A DNA stretch of 63,077 nucleotides, the filler included, from Platydemus manokwari (Eukaryota): the NCBI GenBank assembly GCA_037951405.1. It is 5 parts of 5 records of this genome, joined end to end, with 100 filler letters (N's around TTAATTAATTAA, not from the genome) between each part and the next. Parts side by side here need not be neighbours in the genome. Positions count along the whole stretch, not along the records: positions 10,017 to 25,391 come from JBBMOY011296983.1; positions 25,492 to 39,756 come from JBBMOY011495861.1; 3 more parts are not named here. One strand, 5' to 3'. Positions 14,922-25,745 of the stretch are shown here, piece after piece. The notes below the pieces were generated by a model that saw nothing but the letters and a program-made list of their open reading frames with translations, ran no database searches and was not told where the DNA came from. The stretch's first letter is position 1; each line of letters opens with the position of its first letter. Both the position numbers and the translations under genes were made by a program.

Positions 14922-15539
14922 CAACTAAACCTTATCTTATAATCTTCTTTCTTCACCTCGCTATCAATACTATGTGGAGATACTATGATAGGCAGCAACG
15001 ATCCAATCGTTATATTTTATAACTATCAGTCTCAAATGTAATTTACACAATTTAATCAAAATGAGTCTCAATTTGTTTATTAGTCCTATCCCATATCCTA
15101 TCTAATCAACAACTCAACAAATTCCGTTTACAGTAACGTTTATTCACTACGAGATATACAACAAAATAGAATTATACAACAAATGTTTTGGTTAAAACTA
15201 CACTATACAAAAAATATAAAAATGACCTAGACGATGACACCTACAACTTCTGGAAAGAAAACGGTTGCAAACTTCAACTCTAGAAGCCGAACCTTTAACT
15301 TTAAGATGTTTTGTGACACAGCTCGATAATGTGACACTAACGCGAAATACGGAATTTAATATTAGTAAAAAGACAACTCGTTTTCATAAATATTTTATTC
15401 TATTTCAAAATTACAAAGTTTGTTTTTCTAATATTTAAACAAATCTCATTTTTTTATCTAACTTCCCTCTCCCGTTGTTTTTGAGATCCTTTTTAGCCAT
15501 TCAATTCTTTGAGGTTTTGGCTATCCCTGGAAATCAAGA

Positions 15540-15960
15540 AGAACTTGATGTGGACTTAAAAATATCAAAATTCTGTGAGAACCTTCATAACGATCTCCCC
15601 GTTCTTCTTTATACTATGTGGTTCTTTCTTCACTAAAGCTTCTTCTCCAACTGTGAAAATTCTACAACCTCTTTTCTCAGCATCGAATTTTTCTTTAAGT
15701 TTGTGGCTACTGTTGAATGTTGAATTGAACTTTGATATGTCGCATTGATGATAAATTCTATCAGCGGTATTAATTTATCCTAAGTCTTTCTCTGAAGCCA
15801 TCGTGGTTACCACCAAGTCGCACATCGTCCTACTCATCCTTTCGGCTAAGTCATTTGCCTGATGTTGGTATGGGGAGATAAATTCTTGTTTTATTCCCAA
15901 ACATATTGCTAATTCTTTCATTTCCCTTCCAATGAAGACTCTACGTTATGACCGTTAATA
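15540..15960 (-). mobile_element. Ty3/Gypsy integrase remnant (degraded)
   Basis: Minus strand reads VFIGREMKELAICLGIKQEFISPYQHQANDLAERMSRT, then KLIPLIEFIINATYQSS, then YEGSHRI (integrase core plus GPY/F-like motif), with stops. A purine tract GGGAGAGGGAAG lies at ~15462-15473. Confidence 0.75.
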
Positions 15961-16662
15961 ATTTGATTCAAAGATCACATTGAGAATCAACGGAAAATCA
16001 TTAATTATTCAACATGAGATTTTATAAAATATGACAGGAAAAAGTTATTGCAATTAAAAATGTAGTAAAGTATGTTTAAAAATTGTTTCCTGATAGGACC
16101 CGTGAAATAGTGCTTATGTTATAATATTCAATAATATCAAGTGATAATAATCGAGATGTAAAAGCTGTGTGTTTGAATTCACCAATGAGCAAATATTTAA
16201 ATGATAAAGTAGAAGTCCTATTTTATGCTAATGACCATAAATGACTAATTTGGAGAATCGGAAAATGTTCAATTAGGAAACCCCATAAATCTTACAATAT
16301 CATTTTGGTGGGTTATGGTTGTTGTTAATTTGATGTTAGACAACTCAACAGCTTGAGTTATTTCATTTAGATTTATAAACTTTATCACTTAATTAAATGA
16401 CAAAGAAAACAAATTATTTATAAAATTTATCTAGGAATTAATATTATTATACACGTAGATTGGTTCACATTTAAAGATTTTGTTAATTAATTGGTATGTC
16501 GTGAAGAACGCTACTACGTTTCCTAAAATTTTAATTTTATGTATTTTAAAAGTCTGATCCTTTTGGAGTTTTACTTTTGATTTATAGTTTAACAAATATT
16601 AAATTTATCGATTGGTTATTTTTCTTTTATTAATCTATATAATTTTCTACTAGGTATCAAAC

Positions 16663-17879
16663 TGTTACATTTGGGCCTTATTGAATTATTTGTTTTAATA
16701 AGCTTAATCTTATTTGATATTACTACCATCTTAATCAGTCCCTATGAGTTCTTGATTAAGGCCACGGGCGTAATTTACCTTATATTGTTGTTCTTTCACC
16801 TTGCACAGCCTTATTGTATGATGACAATAGGTGTGGCAGTAGTGATATATTTTATTTAACCTAATAATCATTGTCAAAAATAATTAAACCCTTTTAAAAT
16901 TATTAACTATATTTCTTTACAATAATTACAAACTATGATTTTATGATCCCTATATTATTAAGAAAACTTAAGTTTTAACGCTACAAATATTTATTAAATA
17001 TGACATCAATACTATTAACAAACATAAAATGAATAAACTAAAAACATTGATGCTAAAACTACACTATACAACAATATGTTTTCAAGATGGCTTACAATTT
17101 CAAGATGATAGCGGTTAATACGTTCTTCTCTTGGAGTAAAACCGAATACCAAAGATGTTTGAGCAACAAGTTCTATAATATGAGATACAAGATACTGTAT
17201 ATAATATAGATAAGTATTTTATAGGTACGGCCTTACTTTGGGTCTTCTAGCAAATGACGGGCATATAAAGGAAAATTGATCTTCAGCACCTGATGATCTT
17301 CTTTAGTGCGTTGAATGAATATTTGAATGATGGTTCTTCTCTACTTGATGTAACAGCGAAAATAATAGCAGCGTAGTGGTGTCGAAAACTATGTCCGTGA
17401 AAATGATGGCAGTGTTGATTGAAATCATTGCCTTATATAGGCAGTGAATTACTTGCAGATATTATCTGCTACTAAATTTAATGCCAGTGAATATTTATTA
17501 TTTTATCGATAGAATTTATTCACTGGAGAGAGAAATTCTCTCCGAATAAATTTATTAGACAGAGAAAATATCTCTCGATTAAATTCAATCGAGCGATATA
17601 TTTTATTCTGCTATAGAATTTTCATGCGCGGAAACAGTTGACAATTTATTTGTCACTGTTAGTGACAAATAATTATTAATAAATAATTATTATTATAAAT
17701 ATCAATATTTCCGAATAGTTGTTGCTCAAAAATCCAAGAGAAGTAAAATCATAAAAATACATGCAAAATTAAATAAAAATTAATACATATTTTATACGTG
17801 CTGACATGCAAATGTTATACAAATATTTTTCAATGTAAATTAATTGTTTTAAGTAACTAGTTGGGCCAGAACCCCAACA
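16663..17879 (-). mobile_element. Putative long LTR (~1.2 kb)
   Basis: TGTT...AACA termini, TATA box CCTATATAAGG at ~17431-17442, and a degenerate PBS-like TTTGATACC just beyond the end. Segment 16990-17190 resembles 15130-15340. Same orientation as the integrase remnant. Confidence 0.4.
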
Positions 17880-18860
17880 TTTATTTAAATATTCTTTATA
17901 CAAAAAAGCAAAAAGATGTGACACACCATAATTATTTTAAAATTAAAATTTTCTTTAAAATTTTTTCAAATATTTATTAATATTTTCAGTATTTATCCAT
18001 TAATATTTTTATTTTGTGGTACATTTTCAATAAATCAACACAAATTCTAATGATACATCTTATTGCACAATATGTTATGAATTCATATTGGGTGAAAATT
18101 TGATAATATTCGCCGACTGTAATGGCAATTTCTATGATTCTTATATAAAAAAAACTTTCATTTCAGAAAAAAACAAAATTTTCAATAGACAGGAAGGGGT
18201 TCATTTAAATGTCTATTAATCAATACAGAAATAATAGTTTACAAATCTTGCAGAACCAAATTGAAAACCATTGGTCGATAATACTTTTAGAGAAAATTAT
18301 ACCTGTAAAATATATGATTGAAATATTGGAATTGATGCTTTCTGAATTAAATGATTTGATAATATGCAAAGATAAAATTAATGATTTAGAAATAACCAAT
18401 TTAATAAAATCTTTCGAAGGAAAACTTTGTTCTCATTAGAAAGAGAAAATACTCGATAATTTTTTAACAAAGTTCCTTTTAAATATTCATTATTAGGAAT
18501 GAATATTTCACAATCACAGATTTTGAATTATTTATCTGATATAATCGTTCAGGTATTTAATTCAGATGGTAAAGGTAAACAATTTTGTTTACAAATCATA
18601 AACAATAAATCAAGAAGAAAGAAAACAGTTTTCAATTTTCTTGCGAAATCTTATGTGAATCTCTGTTGTGATATTTTCAACAAAAATAACAGTTAGATTC
18701 ATCAGCAAATATATTAAATACTCATTTTCGATAAAGTTTTGCTATATTTGATTTAAACAGTAAGACTATTGGATTCTAACCAGGCTCAACAATGTTATCT
18801 GTGGGTTAGTGGATGATATTCGATTAATTTTCTCAAAAATTATGATTTTCACTTTATGAT

Positions 18861-19306
18861 TGACTTGCACGAAGCGACTTAACGATGGTGAAGAATCGAT
18901 TTTTAATGAATTTATTGGGGTCATGATTTTGAATAACCAAGTAATTGCTGACTCCAAAAGTCGAAGGTTTAAGCTTTATTTCTAAATATCACAAATTTAC
19001 AACTAAAACTTCACTTACGACTAGACGCGCACTACTCAGTACAGCTTACAAAATTTAATGCAATGTCTCAACACGTAATCAAAACTTTGCTTCCAACTTG
19101 CAGTTGGTTATCTTTATATCGGTATTTATACTCCAGATCTGTGTGTAAATTTTTGGTGCGTCTGTATCACATTTTGATTGGTTCTTTACTTTTTCAGTTT
19201 CTATTGGACTTATTGGTTTTTGTATGTGTGGGATTGGTTAATTCCTGTGTGTGTTGTTGTGTGGCTATGTCTCTTTTCCCATTGTCGTTTACCATATACG
19301 TCAACA
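18861..19306 (-). mobile_element. Solo LTR with 5-bp TSD
   Basis: TG...CA ends flanked by ATGAT at 18856-18860 and 19307-19311. The minus strand shows four CCAAT boxes, GTATAAATA and AATAAA in U3-R-U5 order. Confidence 0.6.
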
Positions 19307-20480
19307 ATGATTAGTTCATTGTCTTACCTGTATGGCTGCGTAAGCATAGAAATGTTAAAAGTGCTAAAACAAGGGTTCCTATGTGCAAATTCATTATTTT
19401 TAGCTTATAAAAATATTTCTTCTGTTGATGGAACAATGGAATTGGCAAACAGTTTATTTAATGTTTATACCAGTTTAGAAACGTTATTCAACGAAGTTAT
19501 GGAGATTTAAGTTGTCTCTCTAAATTCCTGTAATTTACAAAATATATTTACACTTGAACAAGAAGATAACACCAGTTATAAAATCCATATCAAAGCTTTT
19601 GAATTGTTAGGGTAATTTATGCTCAAAATGAAAATTAACTGAAGGTGAATATTGTGTTTAAAATGAAGCCTAAATATTATTGAAAACGATTTTCGAAATG
19701 GGTTGATATTGAAATGTTATTGAATACATTTTTTTTAATTTTAAAGCCACCTTTAAATTGTGATTTTATTTCGAGTTTTATATTAATAATTATTACAATT
19801 GACCTGAATAAAAACTGTATGTTGCAGTAAAAAAAATCCTCTAATATATTTGACAAACATTATTATCTTTTTCTTGAAATGGTGGGTTCAAGCTTTTAAT
19901 TAGGAAATGAATTTTGAAAACAATCTTGAAATGAATGACCATTTCTAAAATAACTTTGTAGTTATTGATATATTATTGATGTAATATATAAATAATTATA
20001 TTGATGCAAAATCCGTCATACTTACGGAAACGGAATTTGATTTAGTTAGTGATAATATAAATGATTCCACATCATTATTTTTTAAAGAAATAATGATCCC
20101 AACAAGTGGGTTGTAATTGATAATAATTGCAAATATTTGTGATGATTATTTGTAATACAGAGTTCAGATTTCAAATAAACCAGCAAGTCAGTTTTGATTA
20201 AGATTGATGTTGTTATATTTCCCCGTTCACATTTCATTGACAGTTTGCATTGATGAATCTACTAGATCGTAATTAACAGAATAAATGTAAACAAACCTGA
20301 ATCCGTGCAATAATTATCTATTATTTTTTTTCATCCAAAGAAAACTGAACTGGTTTACATTCGACATCGAATTCTGAATCATTCATTAATAATAAAACCA
20401 CATGATCACTGGTTGTGATTCTGGTGAATCAAAATTGATACCATCTGTTGATGCCATCAGATTTTTCGATTCCAACAATC

Positions 20481-23400
20481 ATGAAATCACTAATAATGCA
20501 ACAGGAGATATTTCTATTGGGATTTTTGATCGTTCTTTGTGATTATTGCCAAACGAATTACGGTTTGAATTTGAATGATTTTTTCAAATATTCTCAAAAT
20601 CAACAAGTGATTTCACAGAATAATCGATTTTTGAAATTCGATTTAGTGCCAAAACTTAACGAACAGGACCGTTTTACCAGAGAACCGTGGGAAAGTATAA
20701 TTCGTACAAAACGCCGTGTGCAACCCAAATGGAAACTACGACAACAACGCCAAGCTAATTATCAATATGTATGGAATGAAAATGGGAAATTTTGGACTTA
20801 CAGAAACCGATTCGATGAAGAATCGGATTATTTCAATAGCGATTTGCAAAATTTCGGCAATGTTCCATGCCAGCCACCGTTTTGTTTGCCGAGACGCTGC
20901 AGAGAAATCAGATGCGGTCAACCGAATTGCGTAAATACTCATCGTATATGTCCTAAACAAAATGTCGAATGTGATGTAGATCAAAAACAAGTGATGTTTG
21001 GTTCTGAAATCGTTTGTGTTAAAAAGGCTACGGATGAAAGTTGTACTCCGGATTGTGGAGATTTTGGAATATGTGTTAAAGGTAAATGCTACTGCCAGAC
21101 CGGATATCATGGAGAACGATGTTCAATTATGGATGCTGAATTGTGCAAATTGAAAAAGCGGATAGTTTGTACTTATGGCTGCAGCGTTGATAAGAGAATC
21201 AATGATTTTAACTGTGTATGTGGAGAAAAAGAACCAAAAATTGATTGCATTGATCTGAGAATCTGTGCGAAAAGATGTCTTAATGGAGGAAAATGTATTT
21301 TGGGAAAATGTCAATGTCCTGATGGTTTTGATGGAGATGAATGTCAATTCGAAATCGGATCCTGTTCTCCAGGGCAAATGGGTAATAGAACTTGTCAACA
21401 AATATGTATTGGTGAAGGAAGAGATAAATTTCAATGTACATGCCGACCAGGATATAATTTAAATGATGACGGAAAATCATGCAATAAAAAAGAGTGCTCT
21501 TCAAATGGTACTTTGGAATTGATAGGAGATAAATGCAATTGTAAGTCAGGTTGGAAAGGGGACCTTTGTAATGAAGACATAGATGAATGTTCCCAGAGGC
21601 AAATTTGTCATCATATATGCATTAATACTCCTGGTTCCTACCAATGTAGATGTATGGAAGGATTTCATTTACAGACCAATGGAATTTGTGAAAGAATTTG
21701 TATAAATAATTGTAGCAGTAAAGGACATTGCATTAATGGGTTGTGTTTTTGCTTTCAAGGTTGGTATGGTAAAGATTGCTCAACTGATATTGATGAATGT
21801 AAATACAATCACGGCTGTGAACAATTATGCGTTAATACGCCAGGGTCTTTTCATTGTGCATGTTCTGAGGGGAACACATTACAGTCAAACAAAAGATCTT
21901 GTTTTCCCAATGTTTGTCAACCGAAATGCGAAAATAATGGAATGTGTAATGTTAACAATAGTTGTATTTGTCAACCAGGATTTACTGGTTCACGTTGCAA
22001 TGAAGATATAAACGAATGTTCATGGGAAATTCATAATTGTCAACAAAAATGCATCAATACAATTGGATCGTTTTCATGTGCATGCAATAAAAATTATCGA
22101 TTGCTATCAGATAAAAAATCTTGTGAAATTATTCCATGTCCTGTTGGTTTCAGTGGTGAAGATTGTAAAACTGATATTAATGAATGTGAAAATGCAACTA
22201 TCTGTCAGTTTCAATGTACGAATACCTATGGAAAATTCTACTGTAGTTGCCCAATCGGATATCAATTAAATGATGATCAAAGATCCTGTGTTCTATTTGC
22301 CAATCATTCCTGTCGACCAGGGTTCACTGGTGATCGTTGCGATCAAGACATTGATGAATGCACTTCTGATCAGCATCGATGCGAACATTTGTGTATCAAT
22401 GAGATTGGTAGTTATAGATGTGGCTGTTTTGACAATTATATACTTTCAAATGATGGACGTTCTTGTAGAGTTGATCTTTGTAGTCGATGTAAGAATGGTA
22501 AATGTCAAAGGGATGGATTTTGTAGATGTAACAAAGGATTCAAAGGAAAGTACTGCGAAGAAGATTTTGATGAATGTAAATTACCTTTTTGTCAACATGA
22601 ATGCACCAATACAGTTGGCTCGTACAGGTAAGTGAAATGAAAAACGTGTTTTCATTTTATAGGAGTTTATATGCGATTATAGTGTAGCTCAAAACAACTG
22701 TAAAAATACTTTCCAAAATTAGAGTGGCGTTCCTACATGTATTTCTTTGTTTAAGCAACCATTATACAACGAGGTTATAAATTTTCTTTCCTTACAAAAT
22801 GATTTGAGTGATAATGAGTCAATGTCGATATGTTCAGATTTTAGTGGAGAATTAAAAAACCAACAATTGTGGTTTTTGTTTTCTAATATAAATTTTCAGT
22901 AATCTTATTTTTGTAATTTAATTTCTCTACATAAATAGCTTTTTTGCTGATCGGTTTATTTAGGAACACAGCACATTTTTTACTTGATTGATTCAAATCA
23001 AATAATTATCTCTTCAGATGCTCATGCCGACCAGGATTTGTGTTAAGTAATGATCAACATTCTTGTATATCAGTTTGTTCTCTTTGCGTTAATGGGATAT
23101 GTGATGGTAATGGAAAATGTATTTGCAAAGCTGGCTGGAGTGGCACTTATTGTGACAAAGATTTGGATGAATGTTTGCTTCCTACACATAATTGCCAACA
23201 AATCTGCATCAATACCAACGTGAGTTACTAATTAATGTCAAGATAGAAATCACATATTATTAATCAATAATAATTTATACCTTTTTGTAGGGTTCGTATG
23301 CTTGCTCTTGTCATCCACCGTTTCAGCTCTCAACACTTGATAGGAGATCATGCATACAAGTTGAGGAAAAGTGCTCGAAGCTCTGCCTAAATGGTGGGAA

Positions 23401-23964
23401 ATGTGTCAACAATAAATGTGTTTGTAAAGTAGGTTTCAAAGGCGATGTATGTGATGAAGATATCAATGAATGTCAACTTCCATTCAAATATCATCGCTGT
23501 ATCATGGATTGTCGAAATACGTTTGGTAGTTATGAATGTTTATGTCCTCCTGGATATGTGGTTTTAGATGACCAGAAAACGTGCAAGGTTATATTTTGAA
23601 CTCACTAATTAAAACATAATTCTATCAAAATATCGTTCAGATTGCACCGAAAGATACAATGTGTAAGCCACATTGTCTTAATGGTGGAATATGTAGAGAC
23701 ATGTCAAGGTGTTATTGTCCAAGCACATTTGAAGGAAAAGATTGTAGTCAAGACGTCAATGAGTGCGAAAGATATGCACCATGTGACAGGCAACATGGTA
23801 TTTGCATGAACACATATGGTTCTTATTATTGCAAATGCGCCAATGATTATGTTCTGAAATTTGATGGAGTTTCATGTATTACGAAAACCGAAGCTATTTT
23901 GAATCCAAATTTACGATATCGAGGTCGGGGAACTAAGGGTCTGACCGTCGTTAATGACAAGTGA
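20481..23964 (+). CDS. Secreted multi-EGF / calcium-binding EGF repeat protein (~985-990 aa; fibrillin/MEGF6-like modules). Exons 20481-22627, 23018-23219, 23291-23587, 23641-23964
   Basis: Hydrophobic N-terminus (EIFLLGFLIVLC), RTKRR basic site and many D(I)xEC...C.NT.GSY/F.C repeats. GT-AG introns with compatible phases, stop TGA at 23962-23964, AATAAA at 24019-24024. The start could be ATG 20451, 20481 or 20496. No transmembrane segment seen. Confidence 0.88.
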
Positions 23965-25391
23965 AATTGCCTCTGAATTTTCTACTCACTTTAAAGTTTT
24001 TCAATTTAAATTATTTTTAATAAATTTTTCTCATCTTAAATGTTTGATTTAAAGTGTGTATAACTAAAAATCAGGATGTTTATTTTTGAATTATCATTTA
24101 ATGCTTTCATCTCGAACTCATCGGTTTCTATAATTTCCCAATAATATAATAATTTAATTTATGGCACATAAACAATGACTTGTCGATTCTTTCGGAAGAA
24201 AGGTATATTGTTGTGATTATATAAAAACATGTGAATAATTATGTTATTTGGTTCATGATCAATTCAAAGATAAGAAGGTTACTAAATATAAAACAACTGA
24301 AATTCTATTAAAGCTAAAGGTTGCAATTTACAATATATCCAATAGTTGTTTCTGCGACTTGTGAACAATTTAAATGATATAGATTTAGCTGAGGTTTTAA
24401 TACAAATGGATTTTTTTTCGTTGTTCTTTGATAAACCGAAAAAACTCTTACTTTGAAACAAAAATTTTTGTTTTGTTGGATACAACCTTATAATAATAAT
24501 GATAATCATTGATATATAATTTTTTACATACAGCATCTTCTCGTAATAAAAATTGTTTTGGAATAAAACTTCTGAATTTCGTGATTCAAAATTGTGCGAA
24601 AAGTGACTGATTGCACTTGGTTGTAAATTGTTTTGTGAACTTTGTTCTTTTTCCTGTTGTGTTTTGTAAGAGTTGTCTCTATTTTTAGTAACAAACAAAA
24701 ATTTTAGATTTTCTGGAGCATATCCCCTCTTGTGTGATTTACCATTGTGAGTTGTGAAAAGATTTACTTATACTCATTGGGATTTTAGTTGTGATATTTT
24801 GAATAATATGGTTTTCAGATCGAAATTGTGGATTAATAAATCAACACATACAATCATTATCTGATTATTGCAGCTTCAAAAATTGTCAAAAGCCCCAAGA
24901 TCCAACACCAAAACCAAAAAGAACTTTCAAAATCATAATCATTATGTACACAGTAAAATAAATAATAAAAAATTGTGAGAGTGATGAAAAAATCCTAGGT
25001 ACAAAATACCGAACTTCAACAACTATATAAGATGATGGGTTTTTATCACAAATCACTTTCACAAAAATCGGTACGAGTTAATTAAACCAAATAATTAGCT
25101 CTTGTACGACTATTGGGAAAAAATATTTTACATCACAAAAAATATTTAATCTGTAAAAATTTGATATCTAGCAGAAAAACTATAAATTACTAAAAATAAA
25201 AATAACCTATCGATAAATTTAATATTGTCAAATGATCAAATGTAAAACACCAAAAAGATCGAACCTTTTGGCTTTATATTTTAAAAATTTTTTAAATAAA
25301 ATTATAGGAATATGTATTAGGTTGTTGGGAAAATAATGGCCGTTTTTGCATTGCATATTTAAACTGTTAATATTTAACTAAAATCATTAGC

Positions 25392-25491
25392 NNNNNNNNN
25401 NNNNNNNNNNNNNNNNNNNNNNNNNNNNNNNNNNNTTAATTAATTAANNNNNNNNNNNNNNNNNNNNNNNNNNNNNNNNNNNNNNNNNNNN
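25392..25491. other. Artificial contig linker
   Basis: N44-TTAATTAATTAA-N44. Confidence 0.97.
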
Positions 25492-25745
25492 ATATTTATA
25501 ATTATTAATCTGTTGATAGTTATAATGATTACATCAATAATAATAATTATTAACATAATAATTATAATATTGATTTTTTGGTAGTTATTATTGTCGTGAT
25601 TTCGTGATTATTATAATGATAATAATATTAATGATAATAATTATTTATATTTTGTTAATATCATTATAATTATAATGCCAATAATAATAATAATAATAAT
25701 AATCCCGAGGTGTGTAGCGGGTCGAATATATAAAATATCTTCAAG

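Noticed and set aside
16050-16260. Non-LTR reverse transcriptase remnant (VLFYAND resembling LFADD)
   Set aside because: One weak motif only; the neighbouring RT motifs could not be read.
20716-22635. Overlapping ORFs within the EGF gene
   Set aside because: Alternate-frame and antisense shadows of a Cys-rich repetitive CDS, with no motifs.
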